59,940 bases of DNA from Thermodesulfobacteriota bacterium (GCA_050014415.1 JBEKDJ010000001.1:1-59940); one strand, 5' to 3'; counted from the stretch's first letter, positions 30,506-40,183 are shown. Translations and numbers: made by a program. Notes: a model not told the origin generated them from the letters alone.

Positions 30506-32134
30506 ATGTCTGAGAACAGAACTTCCCCTCCGTCAGCCTGGCGTCCCCTGAAGAGACCCTTTTACCGAATGCTCTGGATTGCGAATTCGTTCTCGATGAT
30601 AGGGGTATGGATGCACGATGTGGGTGCTGCGTGGCTTATGACTTCCCTTGCACCTAACCCATTCATGGTTGCCATGATCCAGACTGCCTCGGCATTGCCT
30701 CTGGCTTTGCTCGCCCTCCCAGCAGGCGCTTTGGCGGATATCTTCGATCGCAAGAGGCTCATCCTCACAACTCTTGTCTGGAGGATAATCGTGTCAGGAG
30801 GGTTGGGTTTCATTACTGTCTTCGGGTATACTACCCCCTCTGTCCTTCTCGCAGCCACCTTCGCCTTGGGTTTTGGCATGGCCATGAGTGCGCCGGCATG
30901 GCAGGCCGTCATTCCTGATGTTGTGCCGCGCGATGAAGTGCCGGAGGCCGTCACGCTGGGAGCTGTAGCCTTTAATGTAACCCGCGGTGTAGGGCCTGCC
31001 TTGGGAGGTTTCGTCGTGGCTGCAATGGGCTCAGGTGGGACATTTCTTCTCAATGCAGCCTCTTTATTTTGGATTACCCTCGTCATAGGCTCATGGAAAC
31101 ACACGGTTGCCAAGAGTGCCCTGCCTGAAGAGCGGCTGATCGGAGCGATCCGGACCGGGATACGATATGTGGGGAACTCTCCAGAGGTCAAGAATGCGCT
31201 TATCCATACGGGGGCATTCGCCATCTGTGCAAGCGCCATGTGGGCACTCTTGCCTATTGTGGCAAAACAGTACATGGGACTGACGTCAGTCGGCTACGGT
31301 ACGCTCCTCGGCGTCTTCGGAATAGGGTGTTTCTTGGGTGTTCTCATCCTCCCGAGGATTCGGCAAAGATTCACGATCAACCAACTCATTTCTATAACCG
31401 TGGTCCTGTTCTCCGTAGTTCTCTTTGCCATGGCCTATGTCCGGGACTTTGCATTATTGGCCTGTGCTATGCTCATCGCCGGTGCTTCGTGGTTGGCTCT
31501 CCTTTCTTCGCTCATGGCCTCACTCCAGTCAGTGACGCCCTCATGGGTGCTGGGGAGGGTGATGTCCGTACATGCCCTGGTTTTCTTCGGCACCCAGGCT
31601 GCTGGGAGCGCCTTTTGGGGATTTGCAGCAGGTGCGATCGGACTACCCGGGGTGCTGACGGGTGCCGGTGTGCTCCTCATTGCAAGTCTCGCTCTGACGC
31701 ACCGGTACAAAGTGACAGCCGGTGAACGGCTTGACCTGAGCCCATCCAGAGAATACACCCAGGCACCTCTTGTCAACCGACCCGGCATGGAGGAAGGGCC
31801 TGTGCTTGTGACGATCGAATACCGAATTGATCCCATGAAGGCGTCCGATTTCCTCCGGGCTATGGGTCCTATGAAGGCAATCAGGCGCAAATATGGAGCG
31901 ATCCGGTGGACCCTTTTCAGAGATGTGGCTGATCCAAGCCATTACCGCGAGTCTTTTGCCGTAGAATCGTGGGTCGAGCATCTCCGACAGCATGACCGAT
32001 TTACAATCTCCGACATAGCAATCTTGGAGCGAGTCTACTCCTTTAATCTTGATGGAAGGCCCAAAAGGGTGGATCACTTTATTGCTGAGCCTGTGCCCAA
32101 GGTCAGTGCAGGCCATCTGGAGATAGAACCATAA
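30506..32134 (+). CDS. MFS transporter with C-terminal ABM/Dabb-like cytoplasmic domain
   Basis: 542 aa. About 12 TM helices, followed by a roughly 110-aa soluble tail (VLVTIEYRIDP...SFAVESWVEHLRQHDR) with an antibiotic-biosynthesis-monooxygenase-like pattern. Confidence 0.85.
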   Translation: MSENRTSPPSAWRPLKRPFYRMLWIANSFSMIGVWMHDVGAAWLMTSLAPNPFMVAMIQTASALPLALLALPAGALADIFDRKRLILTTLVWRIIVSGGLGFITVFGYTTPSVLLAATFALGFGMAMSAPAWQAVIPDVVPRDEVPEAVTLGAVAFNVTRGVGPALGGFVVAAMGSGGTFLLNAASLFWITLVIGSWKHTVAKSALPEERLIGAIRTGIRYVGNSPEVKNALIHTGAFAICASAMWALLPIVAKQYMGLTSVGYGTLLGVFGIGCFLGVLILPRIRQRFTINQLISITVVLFSVVLFAMAYVRDFALLACAMLIAGASWLALLSSLMASLQSVTPSWVLGRVMSVHALVFFGTQAAGSAFWGFAAGAIGLPGVLTGAGVLLIASLALTHRYKVTAGERLDLSPSREYTQAPLVNRPGMEEGPVLVTIEYRIDPMKASDFLRAMGPMKAIRRKYGAIRWTLFRDVADPSHYRESFAVESWVEHLRQHDRFTISDIAILERVYSFNLDGRPKRVDHFIAEPVPKVSAGHLEIEP

Positions 32135-32146
32135 TTCCTGCCGCAC

Positions 32147-32727
32147 ATGGGCCGTACTTCCTATCTAGTGTCTGACGTGCTATGTCTGAATTCATATGCG
32201 GGGGAGAATGCCACGAAATATGCAGCAGAAATGAAAGAAGAGAAAGGGTATGATGTAGATAGAAGGATAGATGGGGACCTTCTCATTATGGCGAGAACAG
32301 ATTTTCTGTCAGTCTTTAGCCTAGAGGATGCTATTGAGCGGGCCAACAGGTATTGGGAGGCAGGCGCAGATCCCCTATTTGTCGAGGCTCCGACTTCGAA
32401 AGAAGAAATGATAAGAATTAATCACGAGATTAATGCTCCCACCATGGCGATACAGATAGAACAAGGCAGAACGGCTATCCTTACCACAACAGAGTTAGAG
32501 GAGATAGGGTTCAATACAGTGGTCTATCCTGGAACTAGTTTTTTGTTGCCGCTTTTGCAATAAAGAAGGTCATGGAAGAGCTTAACCATAAGGGGACCAC
32601 AACAGGTTTCTTGGACAAAATGATCCTTTTTGATGATCTTAATAGACTCGCGGGTCTAGAGAAGGTCCGGGAGATCGAAGCCTATTATCATAAGGACCTT
32701 TTGAACCAGCAAGGAAGAAACCATTAA
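32147..32727 (+). pseudogene. isocitrate lyase/PEP mutase family remnant (methylisocitrate lyase / carboxyvinyl-carboxyphosphonate phosphorylmutase-like), 5'-truncated and frameshifted
   Basis: DLLIMARTD...AIERANRYWEAGADPLFVEAP...TTELEEIGFNTVVYPG matches only the C-terminal half of the family. A stop at 32561-32563 is followed by the family's C-terminal tail in another frame (32572-32727, MEELNHKGTTTGFLDKM...). Confidence 0.65.
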
Positions 32728-32849
32728 TCCAGCTATTGACCTTGATGAATTTGGGACCATTCCATTGGAATGCTCCGCATTGAAAGAAGGATGAACCCAT
32801 AGTGACGAACCCGGGTGGAAAGAGAGGCGCTAAGAAAAGGAGGTAACAA

Positions 32850-33632
32850 ATGAAAAGAGGAATGGAGGGTAGAGTGGCATTGGTGACCGGTGGAGCCTCG
32901 GGCATCGGGAGGGCAACGGCCCAGATGTTTGCCCGAGAAGGGGCGAAGGTCATTGTGACTACCGATTCAAATGTAAAAGGCGGCGAGGAGACGGTCCGAC
33001 TCATTCAGGAAGCCGGGGGCGAAGCGGCTTTTATCCAGTGTGATGTATCGAAGGCAGAAGAGGTTGAGGCAACGGTCAACAAAGGTGTGAAGATCTATGG
33101 GTCACTCGATTATGCCTTCAACAACGCCGGTATCGGTCCCGATGGCAAACGCGTACCGGTTGTCCCAATTGTTGACTGCCCGGAAGAACTCTGGGACCGC
33201 ACGATAAGCGTCAACCTGACGGGGGTCTTTCTTTGCATGAAGTATGAGATGAGGCAGATGCTCAAGCAGAGGTATGGAGCCATTGTGAACTGTTCCTCTG
33301 TTGGAGCCTTTAAGGCAGTGCCCGGCTTTGCAGCATATGACGCAAGTAAAAGCGGATTGTTCGGGCTCACCAAAGCGGCAGCCCTGGAGGGTGCCACCTC
33401 AGGCATCAGGGTCAACGTGATATGCCCTGGTCCTACTTGGCGGACCCTTTTATATGACAATCTGACAAGTGCTCAGCCGGAAATGAAGGAGCAATTGCCG
33501 GAAATAATCCCGATGAAGCGGATGGCCGAACCCGAAGAGATGGCTGAGGCTGTCATCTGGCTCTGTTCAGACGCGGCTTCCTTTGTCACCGGTCACGCCA
33601 TGCCCGTTGACGGTGGTATGACTTCAGCTTGA
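32850..33632 (+). CDS. SDR family oxidoreductase
   Basis: TGGASGIG cofactor motif, NNAG, catalytic Ser and YDASK (YxxxK), C-terminal PVDGG. Confidence 0.9.
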   Translation: MKRGMEGRVALVTGGASGIGRATAQMFAREGAKVIVTTDSNVKGGEETVRLIQEAGGEAAFIQCDVSKAEEVEATVNKGVKIYGSLDYAFNNAGIGPDGKRVPVVPIVDCPEELWDRTISVNLTGVFLCMKYEMRQMLKQRYGAIVNCSSVGAFKAVPGFAAYDASKSGLFGLTKAAALEGATSGIRVNVICPGPTWRTLLYDNLTSAQPEMKEQLPEIIPMKRMAEPEEMAEAVIWLCSDAASFVTGHAMPVDGGMTSA

Positions 33633-33920
33633 TCGCTCTGCCCCTCATGCGAAAGAGGGGATAATGAGGAGGAATAAAGCCCGGGTCTCGGGGGAAGCCT
33701 TCACCCCTTTCCTACTCGTGGAACGTCTTCACGGGCGCAACGTGTGGTGCAGTATCCATGACGCCGGATATTTTGGAAATGATTCTTTGGAATGGATGGA
33801 GAGATAGCAGGCATGTTTTTTCCAAGACCACGAAGATGGAAGTTTTCGAAAACAGTTCCGGTTCTTTCTCACAATGGGAAAGATCATCTATCTTTTTCTC
33901 CACAAGCGGCCCGTTACTTC

Positions 33921-35273
33921 TTAAATCGGCTTAAGGTATTTCTTCATTATTCTTAGAGCTTTCTCCGGTTCGGATTGGGCAAGCAGACCTGTCGCATACA
34001 TGATGTAGTCTTGGTCAAGATAGAAGTCCGCTCTCCTCGGTTTCAGCAGGCTCCCACTCTCAGAATCAGCGAGGACTCCGCTCAGGATTTCTCTAGGAGA
34101 GGAAGAGCACGTGATGGGACCGCCTGTGCCGATTACGTTGGTCACTTCCGTCAAGTCTTTGCCCACCTGAATGAGCATTTCTCCGTGGGGGCCATAAGCA
34201 ATTTCTAGTTTTCCGACATGCCTCTCAAAGGATGTTTCTACCGCAACACGGGCCAGTTGACCATCCACCGCCATTTCTTTCTCATTTCTTGGAATTCTGC
34301 CTGGGTCAGAGCGGAAGATGGAGACAATCTCTTCGTCCACCGCAATTCCTTTTTTCTTGCAAATTTCCACCAGGGCATCTATATTGTGCCGCACACCAAG
34401 ATCGCCCTCCACGGTTCTTTTTGCGAACGGCTCCGGCAGACCTTTCAAGAATACCACTCCTCTGGTCGGAGTTCCTTGTGCGATGGAATAGACATCCGTC
34501 GTGGCGCCTCCCACATCAATGACGATGATTTCCCCCAGTCCCTCGCCTTCTTTGGCGCCGGTACTGAGGAGGACTGCAGCATTCAATACGGCTACAGGGG
34601 TAGGCATGATGATATTGCTCACCAGTTCCTTGGCCTTGTCTAACCCCTTGGTCTTAACGATGTTCTGCATGAATACTTCTCTTATAGCCTCACGACAAGC
34701 CTGGACTTCCAGTTTTCCTATCTCGGGCATCACATTCTCGACAAACCTTGCCGTCTTAGCTGAGGCGCTGAAAATCTGGCCGATCTTATCATAGGCGCAC
34801 TTATTACCCGCTACGACGATTGGAGCATCTATTTGGGATCGCGACAGAAGACCCGCATTGTGGACGATGGCGCTTTCATTCCCTCCGTTGGTACCGCCGG
34901 CGAGAAGGATAAGGTCTGGAGAGGTTTCCTCTATCTGACTGATCTCCCTGTGAGTAAGTTGATAGCAGTAATGGCCTACCATTTTTGCCCCGGCCCCCAA
35001 AGCAGCTCGCTTGGCTGCCTCGGAGCTAAGCTCGGGTACCAGGCCGATAGAAACCATGCGCAGCCCTCCCGCAGCACTGCTGCACGCGATCATTTCCTTC
35101 GCCTTTGTGCTCCCGATCTTTTCCTCTATCTTTCCTAAAGCATTCTTAAGGCCAATGGTGACGTCCTCTTTGACGGTCGTGGGTGCTTTGGCTGTTGAAA
35201 GAACCAGTTCTTCGTCCAGGTCTATGGCTACCGCCTTAGTAAAGGTGCTCCCTATGTCGATCAACAGCTTCAT
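33921..35273 (-). CDS. glmL: GlmL/MutL-type glutamate mutase accessory protein (ASKHA-fold reactivase/chaperone candidate)
   Basis: MKLLIDIGSTFTKAVAIDL opening, a second phosphate motif VIDVGGATTDV, about 450 aa. The start is ATG 35273 or 35288. Confidence 0.75.
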   Translation of the reverse strand: MKLLIDIGSTFTKAVAIDLDEELVLSTAKAPTTVKEDVTIGLKNALGKIEEKIGSTKAKEMIACSSAAGGLRMVSIGLVPELSSEAAKRAALGAGAKMVGHYCYQLTHREISQIEETSPDLILLAGGTNGGNESAIVHNAGLLSRSQIDAPIVVAGNKCAYDKIGQIFSASAKTARFVENVMPEIGKLEVQACREAIREVFMQNIVKTKGLDKAKELVSNIIMPTPVAVLNAAVLLSTGAKEGEGLGEIIVIDVGGATTDVYSIAQGTPTRGVVFLKGLPEPFAKRTVEGDLGVRHNIDALVEICKKKGIAVDEEIVSIFRSDPGRIPRNEKEMAVDGQLARVAVETSFERHVGKLEIAYGPHGEMLIQVGKDLTEVTNVIGTGGPITCSSSPREILSGVLADSESGSLLKPRRADFYLDQDYIMYATGLLAQSEPEKALRIMKKYLKPI

Positions 35274-35506
35274 GCCCTTCGTCACCATTCTCCCTCATGC
35301 GGAAAGCAACAGAACGCATTCTCCGATCGCGATGCCAAAGCTTGTTTGCCGCTTCTTGTTATGCACGGACATTTACTCTCAGGTCCATTATAGTCCGACT
35401 TTTTTTTATATTTATGATCTAAATCATTGCCGTAATTCAAGGATAACCTATAAAGTAGTGCAAGCTGAATTGCATTGCGAGTGTTTTCGGTTCGAGGTAG
35501 ACTCGG

Positions 35507-37279
35507 ATGATCACAATGCCCAAGGAACTTAGCGACATTATTGGAGCCGCTCTACGTCCCAGAAGGGACGGCGAAGGAAAACTGCTGAGCCTCGACGAGG
35601 CGGTGGGACGTTATGTTAGGCCACGAATGAAACTGCACCTTGCTGCGGGGATTGGAGGACCGAGTGCCGCCATCTGTGAAATCCTCAGGCAATATTCTGG
35701 AAAGACCCCGGAATTTACATTAATTCAAAGCACATTGTCGGGACACGCGCTTAACCTCGTCCATTGCAACCTTGTTAAGAAACTCATCTGCTCAGTCTGC
35801 GCAGACATTTCGGCATCCGGACGGCCCAGCAGGATCATCCAAAGGGCCTACGGAGACAACACAATTCAATTAGAGAATTGGTCCCTTTGTTCGCTTCAGC
35901 AGAGACTCATGGCAGGTGCCCTCGGTGTTCCCTTCCTGCCGACGAGGTCTGTTCTTGGCAGCAGTATTGCCTCTGATAACAAGGAATCTTTCAGAGAAAT
36001 GGAAGATCCTTTTGGGTCTGAAGAGAAGGTTGGCATTGTAGAGGCTCTTAACCCCGATATTTCCATCATCCACGGATGTGTGGGGGATTTGGAAGGAAAC
36101 ATCATTCTGTCCTCTCCCTATGGTGAAGATCTGTGGGGTCCTCTGGCAAGCAGCAACGGAGTCTTGGCGACAGTAGAGAAGATTGTTCCTACCGAATTCA
36201 TAAAGAAATACTCGGCCCTGGTCAAAATCCCGGGCTGTGTTGTCAACGCCGTGTGTGTGGCTCCTTTGGGTTTGCATCCCTTCTCGCTCCCTAACCCGGG
36301 TATCACCGACTTTGATCCTTATGAAAAAGACATTGATTTCTTGAACGAGCTCCATGGGGCATCAAAGAGCGAAAGCACCTTGGACGGCTGGATAAAGGAA
36401 TGGGTCACAGACTGTGCCACACACCAACACTACCTGGACAAATTGGGACAGGGCAGAATAACAAGCCTAAAAGAGAAATCGAAGGACTCAAGAAGCAGAG
36501 TCATGTCAGCTTCCATTCCACAGTCTGAATCGCGAAAAGAAATTGATTCCGATGAAATGATGCTCATCGCCCTATCCAGAGAAATTGTGAACAGCGTGCG
36601 GACCCACGGGCACAGACTGATCCTTGCAGGAGCCGGCACTCGCGGCATCGCAGCATGGTTAGCCTACTACCAGCTTAAGACTGAGGAGTGTGAAATTGAG
36701 CTGATTACAGGAAACGGACAAATTGGCTACCTGCCACTTCCAGGGGAATCGATACTTTCAAGTGAGGCTAGCGTGCGAAGCTCGAAGATGCTGACCGATA
36801 CCATCACGACGCAAGGGGTCTTTGTTGGAGGAAAGAACAACAAGTGTCTCAGCGTGCTGGGTGCAATTCAGATCGATAAATACGGGAACATCAACTCGAC
36901 AATGACTTCTACGAGACAGTTTCTAATGGGTTCTGGTGGGGCAAACGATGCCATGAATGCCCGAGAGGTGATTGTGGCCCTCGATCAATCAAAGGATCGC
37001 TTTGCAGAAGAACTTCCCTATATCACAGGCCGGGGTAAGGCGGTAACTACTGTCGTATCAACGATGGGCATTTTCAAAAAACCAAGCCCCCAGGAGGAAC
37101 TTCATCTTGTCGCATGTTTTCCGAGCGCACAGCCGACGAGCGTGAGAGAAAAGGTAAAGGAAGTTCAGGATCGTTGTGGATGGCCCCTGAAGTTGGCGTC
37201 TCAGATTAAGGAGATATCCAAACCGAGTCAGGGGGAGTTGGATCTGCTTCGGTGGCTTCTCTCCTCACCTTCGTCTTAG
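35507..37279 (+). CDS. fused alpha+beta family I CoA-transferase-like protein (glutaconate/3-oxoacid CoA-transferase fold), catalytic Glu not conserved
   Basis: 590 aa. The N-terminal half is GctA/AtoD-like and the C-terminal half AtoA-like (GAIQIDKYGNINST, MGSGGANDA). The SENG motif position reads TGNG (36707-36718). Confidence 0.8.
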   Translation: MITMPKELSDIIGAALRPRRDGEGKLLSLDEAVGRYVRPRMKLHLAAGIGGPSAAICEILRQYSGKTPEFTLIQSTLSGHALNLVHCNLVKKLICSVCADISASGRPSRIIQRAYGDNTIQLENWSLCSLQQRLMAGALGVPFLPTRSVLGSSIASDNKESFREMEDPFGSEEKVGIVEALNPDISIIHGCVGDLEGNIILSSPYGEDLWGPLASSNGVLATVEKIVPTEFIKKYSALVKIPGCVVNAVCVAPLGLHPFSLPNPGITDFDPYEKDIDFLNELHGASKSESTLDGWIKEWVTDCATHQHYLDKLGQGRITSLKEKSKDSRSRVMSASIPQSESRKEIDSDEMMLIALSREIVNSVRTHGHRLILAGAGTRGIAAWLAYYQLKTEECEIELITGNGQIGYLPLPGESILSSEASVRSSKMLTDTITTQGVFVGGKNNKCLSVLGAIQIDKYGNINSTMTSTRQFLMGSGGANDAMNAREVIVALDQSKDRFAEELPYITGRGKAVTTVVSTMGIFKKPSPQEELHLVACFPSAQPTSVREKVKEVQDRCGWPLKLASQIKEISKPSQGELDLLRWLLSSPSS

Positions 37280-37427
37280 GCAATGGGTGGAGGAGCATGT
37301 CCCAGGAAGTCCGGGCCGGACATTGTCTGACGGCGGCAGCTTGTAAAAACTCTCGTGACAGATTATTCTCCTAATAGGCAGGTGATTTGACCCCAGCCCA
37401 TGATAATCAGCTAAGAAGGAGATATTT

Positions 37428-38651
37428 ATGAGCGGCCCCTTACGAGGTGTTCGGGTTATAGAATGTGCCGGGTATCTGAGCGCTCCGACAGCCTGTTACA
37501 TGCTGGGTGACCTAGGAGCCGAAATCATTAAGGTGGAGGATAGAGAAAAGGGGGACCCTGCCCGTGGAACATCGGCTCTCTTCGGTACGTCCATGTCTTT
37601 GCCGGACGGAGGCAATATTCTGTTTGAAACGGCCAACCGAAATAAGAAAAGCATCACCCTCGACCTGAAAAAGGAGAAAGGGAGAAAGATCCTCTATCAG
37701 CTGGTTGAATTATCGGAAGTATTTTGTACAAACTTTTCCCAATCAGCGATTGGCAATCTGCAGATTGACTACCAAACCCTGAGCAAGTACAATCCAAAGC
37801 TGATCTATGGGGTTGCGACAGGATACGGGTTGTTAGGGCCCGACAGTAACAAACGAGCTTTCGACAGTATTGCGCAGGCCCGATCCGGAATGATGTATGC
37901 CGCGGGTGGGGACCCCGATGCCCCTCCGTCTCAGATCGGGGGACCGATATTTGATCAGATGACCGGGACTCTTCTGGCCTATGCAATACTGGCTGCGCTT
38001 GTGGCCAAAGATAGGCAGGGGATTGGGCAACAGGTAGAGGTGTCGTTGCTCGGTTCGGCCATACATTTGCAGGCCTACAACATTAATACGGCATTGCTAC
38101 GAGGGCGTCAGATTCCAAGGCCTTCGAGGCGAACATTGAAAAACCCGATGGCCAACCATTACGAGTGTGCCGATGGAGAATGGCTGCTGCTGTCAGAGGC
38201 CCAGTCAGATAGATTCTGGCACAACTTCTGCGTCGCGCTGGGCATTGAGCATCTGGAAAAGAATGAGAAGTTTGCAGACGCTGCCAGAAGGCGTGACAAT
38301 TTCCGGGAGCTCACCGGAATCATTGAAGAAGTCTTCAAGACGAAGAAAAGAGGTGAGTGGATAGCGATTCTGAATGAGAAAGGCGGTGGCCTTGCGTTTT
38401 CACCCGTTCTGAAACCTACCGATCTCTCCTCGGACCCACAAGTGGTACAAAATGACTATATCGTCGAGGTTGACCATCCTTCGCTGGGTCGAATCAGTGT
38501 GATAGGCAATCCAGTCAGTTTCACTGGAACGCCCGTACACATCGACGGCTATGCGCCTCAGTTTGGACAGCATACGGAAGAGGTATTGCTGGATGTGTGT
38601 GGCTACTCCTGGGAACAAATACAGGAATTGAAGGATGAGGAAGTGATTTAG
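37428..38651 (+). CDS. family III (CaiB/BaiF) CoA-transferase, paralogue 3
   Basis: 407 aa. VIECAGYLSAPTACYMLGDLGAEIIKVE, AFDSIAQARSG, catalytic Asp motif PIFDQMTGTLLAYAILAAL. Confidence 0.85.
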   Translation: MSGPLRGVRVIECAGYLSAPTACYMLGDLGAEIIKVEDREKGDPARGTSALFGTSMSLPDGGNILFETANRNKKSITLDLKKEKGRKILYQLVELSEVFCTNFSQSAIGNLQIDYQTLSKYNPKLIYGVATGYGLLGPDSNKRAFDSIAQARSGMMYAAGGDPDAPPSQIGGPIFDQMTGTLLAYAILAALVAKDRQGIGQQVEVSLLGSAIHLQAYNINTALLRGRQIPRPSRRTLKNPMANHYECADGEWLLLSEAQSDRFWHNFCVALGIEHLEKNEKFADAARRRDNFRELTGIIEEVFKTKKRGEWIAILNEKGGGLAFSPVLKPTDLSSDPQVVQNDYIVEVDHPSLGRISVIGNPVSFTGTPVHIDGYAPQFGQHTEEVLLDVCGYSWEQIQELKDEEVI

Positions 38652-38672
38652 GGCTCGGAGAAGGAGGAATAG

Positions 38673-40136
38673 ATGGAGCCTAAGATCAGGAATAAACGGA
38701 TAGACGAAGACAGGTTCTTGAAAATGAGGGAGCCAGTCCTTGCTCTTTGGCCGACTGGCAAGGAAGTGGATCTCGATGAGGCGATTGAGTATCAGAAGAA
38801 CCTACCTGAGACCAAGAGCTTCTTAAAAGTGATTGAAAGACTCCATCGAGAAGAGAAAACAGTCGTCTTCCCGAGGGCAGGAACGCCGATTCTGGAGGAT
38901 CAGATAAGTCTCTGCAAAAACCTGGAGAGATCGGGAGTTCCGTTCATACCGGTAACAACGGATAGTTACACGCGCTTGCTCCAGTTTAAGAAGGTTGAGG
39001 AGGCGCTTGAGGAGAGCATCAGGACCGCCAAACCAATGCTCAATGGGTATCCTCTTATCAACCATGGGGTAAAAAAGACAAGGAAAGTGATTGAAAGCGT
39101 GAGTGAAGGTGCCTTTGACCCGAGGCTATCGCGTCTGTCCTATCCCCTGGCATCGGAAATTGCCTTTGCCTCAGGGATGACGGGAATTGCGGCCAGTCCG
39201 TTTATCTCATTCGGTGCTTACGAAAAGACTTGTACCCTTGAGGAGTCGATGGCCCAGTGTCAGTACGTTCAGAGGCTGGTCGGGTACTATGCGGATCGGG
39301 GCGTTATCATCACGACCGATAACCACGGATGGATTCCCACCGGTGTCTTCCCGTTGAGCGTCAATCTGGCGACCATGATCGTCGACGCCCTTACCTGTGC
39401 GGAGCAGGGTGTGAAGAGCATTGTCCCGTTGGTTCACAGCATGGGAAACCTTGCTCAGGATCTGGCTTGGATCAGGGTCACGCCGCGATTGATGAGGGAG
39501 TACCTTGACAGATTCGCCTATAAGGACGTGGTCATTCCAGGTAATTTTGCCGCTCAGACGCCGCTCTATCCGATGCCCCAGGGGCTGGGAGGGGCCTTTG
39601 CGTTTCTCAACTATACCGCCGTGCTGGCTGCGCTGGGGAAGGTGGAGTCAGTATTCCTCAGGACAATCGACGAGGGTGCGGGTGTCCCGACGGAAGAGGC
39701 TCATGCACTCAGTTACACATCAGCCAACTGGCTTTTCAATGTGATCAGGGGACAGAAGATCGAATTTGAGATGAAAGGGGTGGATGAGGAAGAGAGAATA
39801 GCAGAAATGGAAATCAGGGCTATTCTGGACAAACTTCTGGAGATAGGAGACGGTGATATCATTGTTGGGTCCACCCGGGGGGTTGAAGCTGGAATGATCG
39901 ATTCGTCCTTCAGCCCGAACAGGACGGTAAGGGACTTGGTCCTCGGAGTGAAAGACAGTAAAGGCGCAGTCCGTTATGCGGAGTTTGGAAATCTTCCCCT
40001 GCCCAAAGAGGCCAAGGAATTCCATCGCCAGAAGCTGGCAGAGAGGGCGAAAGAAGAGGGAAGAAAAATGGATTATGTTGTCACGGTTGAGGATTTCTGG
40101 TCCTTTAGCAAGGGACACCTGATCGGGAAACCGTAA
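38673..40136 (+). CDS. glmE: methylaspartate (glutamate) mutase E-subunit homologue
   Basis: 487 aa, collinear with clostridial GlmE as I remember it (WPTGKEVDL, PRAG, DSYTR, LNGYP, RYAEFGNLP, KGHLIGKP). The central substrate-pocket segment is divergent. Confidence 0.85.
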   Translation: MEPKIRNKRIDEDRFLKMREPVLALWPTGKEVDLDEAIEYQKNLPETKSFLKVIERLHREEKTVVFPRAGTPILEDQISLCKNLERSGVPFIPVTTDSYTRLLQFKKVEEALEESIRTAKPMLNGYPLINHGVKKTRKVIESVSEGAFDPRLSRLSYPLASEIAFASGMTGIAASPFISFGAYEKTCTLEESMAQCQYVQRLVGYYADRGVIITTDNHGWIPTGVFPLSVNLATMIVDALTCAEQGVKSIVPLVHSMGNLAQDLAWIRVTPRLMREYLDRFAYKDVVIPGNFAAQTPLYPMPQGLGGAFAFLNYTAVLAALGKVESVFLRTIDEGAGVPTEEAHALSYTSANWLFNVIRGQKIEFEMKGVDEEERIAEMEIRAILDKLLEIGDGDIIVGSTRGVEAGMIDSSFSPNRTVRDLVLGVKDSKGAVRYAEFGNLPLPKEAKEFHRQKLAERAKEEGRKMDYVVTVEDFWSFSKGHLIGKP

Positions 40137-40183
40137 TAGGTCCTATGTGCCCCATAGGATCTATTAGAAGGAGGATGGTGATC

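Noticed and set aside
30562-31275. 237-aa minus-strand ORF
   Set aside because: Antisense to the MFS transporter. It is Ala/Pro/Arg-rich with no domain signature, so it is a shadow ORF.
33712-33903. 63-aa minus-strand ORF between the SDR gene and glmL
   Set aside because: No RBS, no recognisable motif, and short. It is probably non-coding spacer downstream of glmL.
35459-35474. TGCAA-N6-TTGCA inverted repeat upstream of the family I-like gene, considered as a sigma-54 -24/-12 promoter
   Set aside because: The GG/GC dinucleotides are not at the required 12-nt register, and the -24 GG is missing. It could still be an operator for an unidentified regulator, but nothing in the window supports that.
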